A stretch of DNA of 64,000 bases from an uncultured bacterium (lineage in GTDB: Bacteria > CSSED10-310 > CAZUFC01), in assembly GCA_964619725.1 (NCBI GenBank), contig CAZUFC010000005.1, positions 74,418-138,417 of the forward strand, in the 5' to 3' direction. Shown here in pieces: positions 1 to 9,527 of the stretch. The notes beneath the pieces were generated by a model that searched no databases, was not told the DNA's origin, and saw nothing but the letters and a program-made list of their open reading frames with translations. Every line of letters starts with the position of its first letter. The stretch's first letter is position 1. Position numbers and translations under genes: made by a program.

Positions 1-372
1 CGACAGCTCTTCCTGCAGCATTAGGAAATTTCTGTCAGCCTTTAATTCCGGATAGTTTTCCGTAACCGCGAATAAAGATTTTAAAGCGCCTTCCAGCATA
101 TTATTCGCTTTAGCCTTATCCTGCGGTCCTCCGCCCTGTGCCATCATGGCACGGGCCTCCGTGAGCTGTGTTAAAGTCTCTTTTTCATGCGAGGCGTAAC
201 CTTTTACGGTTTCGACCAGGTTGGGTATCAGGTCGAAGCGGCGCTGTAACTGAACGTCAATCTGCGACCAGGCTGCGTCGACCCGGTTCTTTAATTTGAC
301 CAGCCTGTTGTAGACAACCGCAAACATTATCGCCAGGAAAACGATGATCCCTAATACGATTAACAAAGCCAT
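1..372 (-). CDS. lemA: LemA family protein (runs off the left edge of the window)
   Basis: Hand translation from ATG at 372: [67 protein letters not shown]...ENYPELKA. This is the LemA signature with an N-terminal TM helix. Confidence 0.93.
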   Translation of the reverse strand, partial: MALLIVLGIIVFLAIMFAVVYNRLVKLKNRVDAAWSQIDVQLQRRFDLIPNLVETVKGYASHEKETLTQLTEARAMMAQGGGPQDKAKANNMLEGALKSLFAVTENYPELKADRNFLMLQEELS

Positions 373-376
373 GAGT

Positions 377-619
377 TTATCCTCCTTGCGAATATTCTCT
401 TACCAGCCATGAGATGAGCAAGGCAACTCCTATGCATGTCGCGGCTGTAAGTATTATAAAAAGAATCGCTTTAAAAATGAAAGCGAATAGCCCGGATATT
501 CCCCACAATAAAGCTAGAACCAGACCGATGAGCGGGAATACTACTTTAAAAAGAAGGAACAGGGCGACGAAAATGAGTAAAATATATCCGATAACTTTCA
601 ACCATGAATTATCTTTCAT
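377..619 (-). CDS. small integral membrane protein, hypothetical
   Basis: 80-aa hydrophobic ORF with GGAGG RBS, ending 4 bp before lemA. Confidence 0.7.
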   Translation of the reverse strand: MKDNSWLKVIGYILLIFVALFLLFKVVFPLIGLVLALLWGISGLFAFIFKAILFIILTAATCIGVALLISWLVREYSQGG

Positions 620-672
620 TCAGGCCTCCTTTGCTCGACCTGCGGTAAAACTTGTTGTTATTTGACGACGTT

Positions 673-1143
673 TTAATTTTTCTCGTCGGGATTGCAGGTT
701 TCACATGGTTTATAACCGGTTTCCAGAGCTTTCTGTAAATCGTCGAAGACTTCCACATCGCTGAAAGGAATTTTCAAGCGGCCCTTGCCGTTTTCTTCAC
801 GAAGGTCCGGACAATCGTCTCTATGCACCTTCCTGGTCGTTTTATCACCGACAAATCGAAATTCATTAGATTCATGTCTCTCGGGACTTATCACGCCGCC
901 TGTCACTTCCTCTATGCCGCCGGCCGCTTCCTCCTCAGTCTCTCCCTCAGTCGGTTCCCAATCGCTGGGAGGTTGTATCTCGCGATAGTCGAAAACGTCA
1001 TTCATTTCATCCGTCCACCAATCCGGTTTGATGTTGGTGAGCATAACGGTGCCGTCTGCGGCTACCCATTTGTATACCTGCGCGGAACTCATGGGTATGA
1101 ACGCAAAGGTCAAACAAACAACGACGAGCGTTATGAGCTTCAT
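673..1143 (-). CDS. exported protein with DUF4124-like N-domain and C-terminal Ada-type metal-binding domain
   Basis: Signal peptide; VYKWVAADGTVMLTN (DUF4124-like); C-terminal KVHRDDC...ALETGYKPCETCNP (Ada_Zn_binding-like). Confidence 0.7.
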   Translation of the reverse strand: MKLITLVVVCLTFAFIPMSSAQVYKWVAADGTVMLTNIKPDWWTDEMNDVFDYREIQPPSDWEPTEGETEEEAAGGIEEVTGGVISPERHESNEFRFVGDKTTRKVHRDDCPDLREENGKGRLKIPFSDVEVFDDLQKALETGYKPCETCNPDEKN

Positions 1144-1296
1144 GTTTCCCTCATTCCTTTCCTGAAAAATTTATTGGCTCCATCCATCTCTTGCGGCCTT
1201 TAGAATATGGAAAGCGCATTTTAACGATCGTTCGACGCGTTTAAATTTTTAATCAACTTCAGATAACGACGGGGCGTCGCCGGCGCTGCGACCGTT

Positions 1297-2289
1297 CTAT
1301 TTCGATCCGCGCTGCATCGTTGACGGCAGTTCCCGGTCGCTTCCGCTATCCTCCTCGGCCTTGTTTCTGACGCGAAGAGTTATATCCAGATTCAATTTTA
1401 CCTTGATTCGACTGGGAAGAGCATTCGGCCTCAATTCCAGAGGAACCACTATCTCTTTGGGAATAGTTTTTTCTATGATGATGTCGTGTTTGGGAAATGC
1501 TTTATCTGCTGCAGCAGCTCCCGAACGACCCGAAAACACTGAATAAGGCCTGCCGGAAGTTTGTCTGGCCTTCTTTTGACGATTAACTCCTGTTGATGCG
1601 GGAACCGGTTCTTTGCGTCGATCCATTCCGCCCTTCTCTATCTCATCCTTCGCGCCTATCACCAGCTCCTCTTCCATATCTTCCTCTTTCTCGGTCACAC
1701 CTTCCTGAATACGCTTCAAATGATACAAAGTCAGCTTCGATATCCCTTTCAACGTTTCGATCACTCCAGCCCCACTTACCGCTACCGATTCATAAAAGGG
1801 TACGCCGGAAGGATTCAACGCCTCATTCAATTCTTCAACCGATGCTATATTATCCAAATCACGCTTGTTATATTGTATGACATAAGGAATTTTATGCAGC
1901 TTTCGATTCTGCTCCGCTAAATTCTCCTTCAAATTGTCCAAACTTTCAATGTTGGCATCCATGAGGTCTTTCTGGCTGTCGGCCACAAAAACGATTGCAT
2001 CTACTCCCTTTAAAACGACTTTCCTCGTCGAATTATAAAAAACCTGTCCGGGTACCGTGTAAAGCTGCAGTTTTGTCGTAAATCCTGATACTTTCCCGAT
2101 TTTCAAAGGCAGCAGATCGAAAAAGAGAGTCCTGTCGGTTTGCGTCGGCAATGCCAACATCTTTCCTCGGCGTCGTTCCGGCAAATGATCGTAAATATAT
2201 TGAAGATTCGTCGTCTTACCGCCCAGTCCGGGTCCGTAATAAACGATTTTCGCCGACATTTCCTTTGTTGTGCGGTTGAAAAAAACCAC
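1297..2289 (-). CDS. mglA: MglA-family small GTPase with long C-terminal extension
   Basis: KIVYYGPGLGGKTTNL, TDRTLFFDLLP, LYTVPGQVFY, QYNKRDL are the diagnostic MglA motifs; about 135 extra C-terminal residues. Confidence 0.88.
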   Translation of the reverse strand: MVFFNRTTKEMSAKIVYYGPGLGGKTTNLQYIYDHLPERRRGKMLALPTQTDRTLFFDLLPLKIGKVSGFTTKLQLYTVPGQVFYNSTRKVVLKGVDAIVFVADSQKDLMDANIESLDNLKENLAEQNRKLHKIPYVIQYNKRDLDNIASVEELNEALNPSGVPFYESVAVSGAGVIETLKGISKLTLYHLKRIQEGVTEKEEDMEEELVIGAKDEIEKGGMDRRKEPVPASTGVNRQKKARQTSGRPYSVFSGRSGAAAADKAFPKHDIIIEKTIPKEIVVPLELRPNALPSRIKVKLNLDITLRVRNKAEEDSGSDRELPSTMQRGSK

Positions 2290-2703
2290 TGGCTGAAGTC
2301 TCCTTTCCTCATCGTTATGTGACCGGAATCGCTGTTAAATCGCTCGTCTCACCATTACATACTTAACCCAGACTCCTTATAAAGTCAAGAGTTTCCAAAA
2401 CAGCGAATATCCCCACTCATTATCAACGGAGAAAGGTGATTCGTACAAACGCAACGCTGGAGTAACAAACCTTGGGTGAACAGAAAGAGCAGGCTCATTT
2501 AATTAAAGCTTTTTATATCCGGCGCCCGTCAATGAACTCGAATCACGATTCAAATTTAATGGCCGGTCTGACCATTTTTTCTTTTATGCATCATAATTAT
2601 GGTTATTTCGATCGCCGCCAGTTTTTTCTATCTTGAAAAATTAACAGATGTGAGTTAACTTCTCTTGAAGCGAGGGAGTTTGAATTTCGCAAATGGGAGG
2701 AGC

Positions 2704-3000
2704 ATGGCTTTTTATACTCAAAAAGCGGACGGCAGCATCATAATTCGTGTTTACATTCAACCGAATGCAGGATCAGATGAAATAGCGGGAATTCACGGCG
2801 ACAGTTTAAAAGTAAAGATTAAAGCGCCGCCGGTTAAGGGAAAAGCCAATCAGGAATGCGAAAAATTTCTGGCGGAAACGCTGGGATTGCCTAAATCAAT
2901 GGTCAGTCTGCTGAAAGGCCGAAAATCTAAACATAAGCAATTTCGTATACAATCCGGCGATGATGACCTGTTGAAGAGGGTGACGAGTCTTCCGCATTAA
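2704..3000 (+). CDS. DUF167/YggU family protein
   Basis: IRVYIQPNA...LKVKIKAPPVKGKAN...KGRKSKHK. Start moved to the ATG at 2704 after GGGAGGAG. Confidence 0.9.
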   Translation: MAFYTQKADGSIIIRVYIQPNAGSDEIAGIHGDSLKVKIKAPPVKGKANQECEKFLAETLGLPKSMVSLLKGRKSKHKQFRIQSGDDDLLKRVTSLPH

Positions 3001-3107
3001 CTGCTGTGAACAGGTTCTCGTTTTAGGAAAAACCGGGAACAGGAGTCAGCGAAAAAATACAATCAACCCGAACGATAACTCATGCAAGCTTCGGAAAAGG
3101 TGACTAT

Positions 3108-3830
3108 ATGAAGCAAAGAAGATTTTTTAAACATTTCACGTCTATTTTAACGAGCTTTATTCTTCTGTTTTGCGTTTTTTCATATGCGCAGGCCTGGACT
3201 AATCAAACGCTCATTTATATTGCGGTGGAAGCCCGGCGGATTATGCCTGAAAACGTCCAAAAAGTTTTAAAAAGATTCCAGGATGATTTGTTTAAAGGAT
3301 TATTGGACAAGAAAAACGGAAACGTTCAGTTTACCGGTGAGGAAGAGTATGCTGCGGCTATGACTGAGAGAGCTGAAGCTATCATAACGCTTTCGCGAGA
3401 ACGGACAAATTTTTCCAGAATCATACATGAAATGGGCGGAATAACCCGTATGGCTGCAGAACTGAATCATCCGATAAAATTTTCATCCAGGCATGCGGCC
3501 TGTCCTTATAAGAATGATTTCGACAAGTATATTGAGAAAAACCTGTCCCGTTTTCATGCTCCGTATCGCCGCCGGGATGTGAGCTTCGACAGCCCGGGAG
3601 CCCTGAGAAGTCATTTCAAAGAAACTTGGAAACGATCTGAGAAGCATTTCATGAAATTGGACAGAGCATTTCGGCGGGAAGACGAAATATTACCCGCCTC
3701 CAGTTTCGATTATCGTTCCGTACCTTTCGGCATAGCTTCCATAGCATACAGAAACGCCATCCATAACGTCGCGGATGCCTGGTGTTATGTTCTGACGGGT
3801 ATGGGATGGGAAATACCTGCGGAAGGATAA
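3108..3830 (+). CDS. secreted hypothetical protein, possibly a degenerate phospholipase C/S1-P1 nuclease fold
   Basis: Signal peptide ending AQA|W; helical; C-terminal YRNAIHNVADAW resembles the family's last helix. Confidence 0.6.
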   Translation: MKQRRFFKHFTSILTSFILLFCVFSYAQAWTNQTLIYIAVEARRIMPENVQKVLKRFQDDLFKGLLDKKNGNVQFTGEEEYAAAMTERAEAIITLSRERTNFSRIIHEMGGITRMAAELNHPIKFSSRHAACPYKNDFDKYIEKNLSRFHAPYRRRDVSFDSPGALRSHFKETWKRSEKHFMKLDRAFRREDEILPASSFDYRSVPFGIASIAYRNAIHNVADAWCYVLTGMGWEIPAEG

Positions 3831-4009
3831 TCCTTATCTCAAATAATCCTGAGCCCCCTGTGATCAGCCTGGGTTAAAAGCGTATCGAAGCGACGGCGGA
3901 CGTGACGACCGGGCGTTTTAATACTCATTTCTCATCGAATGGGAAAAGGAAGAGTATTTACGGTACAGTGTTTTAAATGAAAAATGTGGTATTGATTGAT
4001 TTTACCTCC

Positions 4010-4039
4010 TGCCCGGCGAGCAATAGACTACGCCGGGCA
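4010..4039. terminator. stem-loop between convergent genes
   Basis: TGCCCGGCG (4010-4018) and CGCCGGGCA (4031-4039) form a perfect 9-bp stem. Confidence 0.55.
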
Positions 4040-4077
4040 AGATTGAATTTTTAAAGTGTTGGTCGGAAGTGATTGAA

Positions 4078-6957
4078 TTATTCGTTTTTCATGAAACCGA
4101 GACGCACAGCGCCGGATTCAGAGCACTCTCCCCATCTGATGATGCCGGAAGGACTCCTCACTCCCAGACACACATGATATCCTTCCAAATCATCATCGAT
4201 TTCACAATGTAGAGATTGAAAGTTACCGTCAATGGGAGGTTTGTATAGATGAACAAGCGAATTGCATTGCTCCCAGGTTTCAAAGAAATCCGTGGCGTTC
4301 ATCCAGGGCGATACGCCGCACCAGCCTTCTGAATCCCTGTAAAGAACTTTGAGGTCGCAATCAGCAGCCCCATGTTTGCCGTCATGCACTATAAATGTAG
4401 GAAGAAAAGTCGTCAAATCCAGGATATTAAGCTGCTGAGCGTCGGCGCATATCGACTTCGGCCCGTCATGGCCTCGTTTGACCAGATTGCCGGAAGTCAT
4501 GCTTTTTATTAATCCGTCGGGATCGCGTGCTCTGATCTGGAATTTGTAATTCAGTATTTCACCGAGATAGAAGTAGTCTTCGATTATGAAATAAAAATAG
4601 AGATAACCGTTTTCCGGAACAACAGCCGCTTTTTCAAGATACCCTCCTGAGCAGCCGGGCGTATCGTCGAAATTCCATACGACTGCTGTCTCGTCTGCCG
4701 GGGTCCAGTCCAGGTCAAGATGCCATTTTGAGCCGTCGTAATGCCAAAATTGTATGTCCAAATCCGAGAGATCGAAATTAGAGCCGTCCATGTTGAGAAT
4801 GATTTCCGGTTCCATTTCCAATGTGCGCCGGTCTCCGATTACTGCACCCGGTCCGGGGGAATCGATGTAAATTCCCGGCCTGTGGTGACCGCATTTAAGC
4901 AGAGGCTGAGTAGTCGCGCCGCCGATAAGAGACGAGGGGTCCCTGGCGAGGATTCTGAACTTGAAATTCTCTATTCGTTCGTTTTCCCGGTATTCTTCGA
5001 GAATGAAGTAGAAATAGAGATAGTCGCCGTCCACGGGAGCTTTGTACGCGTAACAATAGTCAGTATGAGGATCGAATTGATCATTATCCGCTTCTTCAGT
5101 CGCCTTAGTCCAATCGATAGCGGTTATCCATTCATTTCCGTTATGATACACTAGCTTGATCATCAAATTTTCTGTTAAAAATTTGTTGCTGTAGATGATT
5201 AATTCCGGTTCGGTCTCTATAGTCATGACATCGCCGATCGCCAGTTCAGGATCAAGGCTGATGAAATTCACCGATGGCGGATGATAATCGTATTTGATTA
5301 ACTCGTTTACGCAGGTCCATCCGTGAGCGCCCTGAGAGTCGCGAACTTCCACGCAGAAATAGTAGTTATCGATTTCACCGGCATAATAATCTTCAATGAG
5401 CACGTAAAAATACTGATATCCCGTCTCGCTGTCCATAACGTCTTTGTAACAAAGGCCTTCGGTACTGCCCGGCGTGTCGTCGAAACCTGTCGTCGTCCTT
5501 TCCTCCAGCACGGGCGTCCAATCCATCGCTATTTCTGCCTCTGATCCATACCCGTATTTTATTCTGACATCCAGATTCTCCATATCCTCATCCCACAATA
5601 CGCATTCTATTTCAACTTCCAGAGTCGATGCGGAACCTATCACCGTGGAAGGGGCGGGATTCTCGATAACCACTGATGGAGACCCATTGTGAAAATCCAC
5701 ATTATAGACATCCGAAAAAGACACTCCATTCGTTATCTCGTAGGTTTCTCCGTCAGTGTAAACTATTATCGGATTCTCATAATCGCCGTCCGGATTGGCT
5801 ATCTTGTGACACATGGAATCTCCGCTTCCCGCCGGGCATTCCCAGTCCCTCGAAGTACCCTCTCCAGTCAGATATACGCACTGCAAAGGCGCTTCATAAA
5901 CCTCGCACAATCGATCGATAACCTCCTGATCAGGATGACCGTAACTGTTGGCGCCGCAAGAAATTATCACGTTTTCAGCCTTCATCGCTTCCAGAAAATA
6001 CTCACTGGACGAACTGTCGGAACCGTGATGATTCAACCGTAACAGGTCCAGCGGATCGAACGCCGGCGTGTTGCATATCATCGTCAGTAAATCGGCCAGC
6101 GCCTGCTCTACCTGCGGGCCCTCATTGCCTGTCAGATCGCCTGCAACAAGATAGTCGAATCCCTTGTATTCTACATACAAACCCACCGATCTTGAATTTA
6201 TGGCCAGTGAACTTGATCCTCCCGATCCCGACACACGTTCAGGATTCCCGGCTACCCAGCCTGAACTGCAAACAATCGTCGCCGTTGCTCCATCTCCCAA
6301 ATCTATCGGCATGCCGTACCAATCCATCAATCTGTCATACTCATACAAAGATTCCCGGACGCCTCCGCCTTCCACAGTCCTCACATATTTACGATACGCC
6401 TGCGATAATTCACAGAACTCTACCGGCGTTTCCCTCGCCCATTCTTCTCCGTTGTCTAACGCCGCTATTTTCGGAAAATATTTGTCCGATTCCGGCCAGT
6501 AGTTGATCTCTTCAGGATCAGGTTCTTCAATATCTCCACACTCGTCAGGAATACAGAAGTCGACACAATCATCCTCATCGTCGTCGCCGCACCATCCAGG
6601 ACATGTTTGCCGTTCCCCCGCCTCCCGGTCAACCAGGATGACGCTCGTATTATGATAAGGAGGATAAGCGAACCCTCCGACATGGTCCACATCAATGTGA
6701 GTTAAAATGATATAATCCAGTTTCTCGATTCCTTCTGCTTCCAGATACTCGCAAACTAGCCTTCCGCCGTCCGGTCCGCTGTGCCTTCCCGCATCGATAA
6801 GTATCGTCGTTCCGCCCGGCCCCACTATCAGCGTAGCATCTCCCTGGCCTACATCAATGTGATGTATCTCCAAATCCCCGTATGCCGCGCCCCTTTCAAC
6901 TCCAATAAATAACGCTGAAAGCGCACATATCATAACCATCAATGTCCTTACTTTCAT
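4078..6957 (-). CDS. secreted ComEC/Rec2-type metallo-beta-lactamase-fold hydrolase with four C-terminal ~135-aa repeats
   Basis: Signal peptide; IDVGQGDATL, THIDVDHVGG, AGDL, HHGS, GANSYGHP motifs; repeated DWT...YxYFYxxIEDY...RD blocks. Confidence 0.82.
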   Translation of the reverse strand: MKVRTLMVMICALSALFIGVERGAAYGDLEIHHIDVGQGDATLIVGPGGTTILIDAGRHSGPDGGRLVCEYLEAEGIEKLDYIILTHIDVDHVGGFAYPPYHNTSVILVDREAGERQTCPGWCGDDDEDDCVDFCIPDECGDIEEPDPEEINYWPESDKYFPKIAALDNGEEWARETPVEFCELSQAYRKYVRTVEGGGVRESLYEYDRLMDWYGMPIDLGDGATATIVCSSGWVAGNPERVSGSGGSSSLAINSRSVGLYVEYKGFDYLVAGDLTGNEGPQVEQALADLLTMICNTPAFDPLDLLRLNHHGSDSSSSEYFLEAMKAENVIISCGANSYGHPDQEVIDRLCEVYEAPLQCVYLTGEGTSRDWECPAGSGDSMCHKIANPDGDYENPIIVYTDGETYEITNGVSFSDVYNVDFHNGSPSVVIENPAPSTVIGSASTLEVEIECVLWDEDMENLDVRIKYGYGSEAEIAMDWTPVLEERTTTGFDDTPGSTEGLCYKDVMDSETGYQYFYVLIEDYYAGEIDNYYFCVEVRDSQGAHGWTCVNELIKYDYHPPSVNFISLDPELAIGDVMTIETEPELIIYSNKFLTENLMIKLVYHNGNEWITAIDWTKATEEADNDQFDPHTDYCYAYKAPVDGDYLYFYFILEEYRENERIENFKFRILARDPSSLIGGATTQPLLKCGHHRPGIYIDSPGPGAVIGDRRTLEMEPEIILNMDGSNFDLSDLDIQFWHYDGSKWHLDLDWTPADETAVVWNFDDTPGCSGGYLEKAAVVPENGYLYFYFIIEDYFYLGEILNYKFQIRARDPDGLIKSMTSGNLVKRGHDGPKSICADAQQLNILDLTTFLPTFIVHDGKHGAADCDLKVLYRDSEGWCGVSPWMNATDFFETWEQCNSLVHLYKPPIDGNFQSLHCEIDDDLEGYHVCLGVRSPSGIIRWGECSESGAVRLGFMKNE

Positions 6958-7041
6958 TTTCCCTTACTCCCTGTTATTGGTTTCTTTGATTTGATCCTTT
7001 GACGCAGAAATTTTTTCCCCTCTTTACCCTCCCTTCTGCGA

Positions 7042-7071
7042 TTGACAGACTTAGCCGTAATGTCGTATCCT
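7042..7071 (+). promoter_or_regulatory. putative sigma70 promoter
   Basis: TTGACA-N18-TATCCT. Confidence 0.4.
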
Positions 7072-7077
7072 GTTAAT

Positions 7078-7176
7078 TGGAATGGACGAGACTCGCTTAC
7101 AGTCCGTCTATTGCCGTATCGCCCGCGCTGCTTGGATTACCTGATTCGACACAGCGCGGGCTTTGGTTTATTTTTT
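7078..7176 (+). ncRNA. candidate ~100-nt sRNA, antisense to the leader of the ComEC-like gene
   Basis: Follows a promoter-like motif; small 5' stem (ATGGAC/GTCCGT); ends in a 10-bp GC stem GCCCGCGCTG/CAGCGCGGGC (7121-7161) plus T-rich tail; no ORF. Confidence 0.3.
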
Positions 7177-7396
7177 CCTTTCTTTATCCTGGCTCCTTCT
7201 CTGACTCCTTCGCATTAATTCATTAATTCCGAACTTTTTCAGTTCAATCAATTCATTCCCCTGCAGTCGCTATCCACACTCATCAAAAAACGATTGTACG
7301 ATGCGACTCTCTATTCTCATTAAACCCTCGTAACGCTAAAGAAAACTCAGAATGATTTCCAGATTTAAGAAGCTTCCCCCCATTCGTAACAATAAA

Positions 7397-7426
7397 ATCG
7401 TATCACTCATAATTTACAAATGTCAA
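7397..7426 (-). promoter_or_regulatory. putative sigma70 promoter for the ComEC-like gene
   Basis: Minus strand TTGACA-N18-TACGAT with TG extended -10. Confidence 0.4.
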
Positions 7427-7775
7427 GCCCCATAAATCCAACGATTACTTGGATGATTAAATTATAAGCTGATGGATGACTATCAGATAATATTCAGCAA
7501 AAAAACAAAGAATTTTTAATATTTTTTTGCTTTGTTCGTTTTTCAGGAATAGTAAAGTCTCGATTTCTTATGATTACGAGTTTGTGTCGGTCCACAAACT
7601 CGAATCTCGATTCAAAATTTAATGCTGGAGAGCCACTTAGGTTCCTGATCCAGAAACGAGTTATAATTTCAGCAGAGAGAAGATAATATCTTCAGGCCGT
7701 CGCTTGTGTAAGACGGAAATTTAATAAGGCGTTTTTTGAGAAAATTATTTTAATCCCTGGAACATCCGTGCGGGT

Positions 7776-9182
7776 TCACCTTTTTCTTTTATAGAGAGCG
7801 AAGGAGAGGGTGATGCTGAGGAGCAGTATGCCGAGAGAAGTAAAAGCGGGAACAGCGGCGCAATTGTTTTCGAAGCCGAGGGAGAGTGCGAACCAGCGTT
7901 CTTCAGAGAAGTCGTTTCCGGAGTAATTGGTGTCTATGCCGTTAGGGCAGCGAGCGAGTGAGCTTCCTTCGAGTACGTTGAAGGCGGGATATTCAGCGAT
8001 TTCGCCGAGGTCATTGGTGTGTTCATAAGTATTAGGGCTTCCGTAGAGAAGGGTATCGACGAGTTGCCCTCGTGTAGTCATGAGTCTGATGCCGCATGTA
8101 TAGTCGTCTGCGCTGACGAAGTTGTCTATGGGAGTGGAATTCATGATGATGGTGCTGGGGGGTACGGAGGATACGTCGACATCGGGTTCAGCGATAAGGA
8201 TGTATCCGTTCGGCGGGATACTGACAGGTGCAGTGGGGCTGCATTGCCAGGCCAGGTCGAAGGCGGCGCCGGCGGTTTCGAGGTACCAGCCGGAGATATT
8301 GATGTCACTGGCGGTGGTGTTATAGAGTTCAACCCATTGGTATCCTTCATCGGGACCTTCAGGATTATACATGACATCGTTGATTAAAACTTCGCCCATA
8401 TTTAATTCGTTAAAAAAGACGGTAAAAAACATATTGACGTTACCGTCGCCCAAATCTCGGGATGCAGCATCCATGTGGACTCCGATGAATCCGCCGGCAA
8501 CGTCCACGCCGTCGCATGTATCAAAGGGCACTGTGGTGTCAGAGTCATTGTTCCAGTCGCCCTGGTTTTCAGCAGTGGCGGTGGAGAATCTAACGACATC
8601 GCCTCCGGTGAATCCCAGGTCGTCGAGCGGAATGGAAAATTCAACTACGTCATTATCAACGCTCACAGCGATTTCTTCCTGGCCGGAGGGCGGCTCGATC
8701 CATTCCGATCCTTCGTCGCTGTATAATTCGATGCTCCATTCCGATCCGGTCCAATGGAGGTCTAAATTCATTTCGGAATATTGAAGCGGCGACCACAATT
8801 CAATATTGGAATCATCTCCTAACCAATCGAGCGCCAGGTCGTCGTTCGAACCGTCGCGATCCAGCGACATCATTATGTGCATTGCGTGCGTTTCGTCTAT
8901 GTCGGCCATTTTGTAAAGGAAGTAGAGGTTCGTCGTATCGCGCGTCATGCGGACTTCCACGATATCGTTGTTATCGGTCATTCCGGTTTCCGTGCGCCGG
9001 TCGCCGGCTTCTCCCATGTATATCCATTCATTGTTGGAGTAATTGTCGTCATGCAATTGCAGCGGCAATTCTCCTGTCCAGTCGGACGGGTCGCCGTCTA
9101 TGGTAACGGCGGCGCCGGCCAGTCCCTGATTCATTACAAAAATGGTTAAGACGACGGCCGTTGCGAATAAATTTTTGATCAT
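7776..9182 (-). CDS. secreted protein: DOMON/glucodextranase-like domain + lamin-tail domain + IPTL-CTERM-like anchor
   Basis: Start MIKNLF after an AAGGGGG RBS; IDGDPSDW start; VLINDVMYNPEGPDEGYQWVELYNT (lamin tail); ends AVPAFTSLGILLLSITLSFALYKRKR. Confidence 0.8.
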   Translation of the reverse strand: MIKNLFATAVVLTIFVMNQGLAGAAVTIDGDPSDWTGELPLQLHDDNYSNNEWIYMGEAGDRRTETGMTDNNDIVEVRMTRDTTNLYFLYKMADIDETHAMHIMMSLDRDGSNDDLALDWLGDDSNIELWSPLQYSEMNLDLHWTGSEWSIELYSDEGSEWIEPPSGQEEIAVSVDNDVVEFSIPLDDLGFTGGDVVRFSTATAENQGDWNNDSDTTVPFDTCDGVDVAGGFIGVHMDAASRDLGDGNVNMFFTVFFNELNMGEVLINDVMYNPEGPDEGYQWVELYNTTASDINISGWYLETAGAAFDLAWQCSPTAPVSIPPNGYILIAEPDVDVSSVPPSTIIMNSTPIDNFVSADDYTCGIRLMTTRGQLVDTLLYGSPNTYEHTNDLGEIAEYPAFNVLEGSSLARCPNGIDTNYSGNDFSEERWFALSLGFENNCAAVPAFTSLGILLLSITLSFALYKRKR

Positions 9183-9527
9183 TAAATCATCCCCCTTTTT
9201 GTAGGCTGAAGTCGAATTTTTCGTCTGATTTATTCGGTGTTTTCCTTTCCTGTTTTTTCCGATAAACATAATTTTCTCGTCAACCGTACTTCCCATATTC
9301 AAATCGGAAAAAAACTTCTCCTATAATCCAATAACTTAATATGACTTAAAAATCAAATCAAATCCAAAGCATTCGGCTTTGAATTCTTTTCAATCATCAT
9401 TTTTTTCTGCTAATATTCCCTTGGATTATTAATTCTTGCAGGGCGGGAATTAATGCAGTCGCTTTACTGCAGGAGTCGTCCCGAATCAGATTGAACATTA
9501 AAGCAAAAAGAGACAGGAGAGGAAGAA

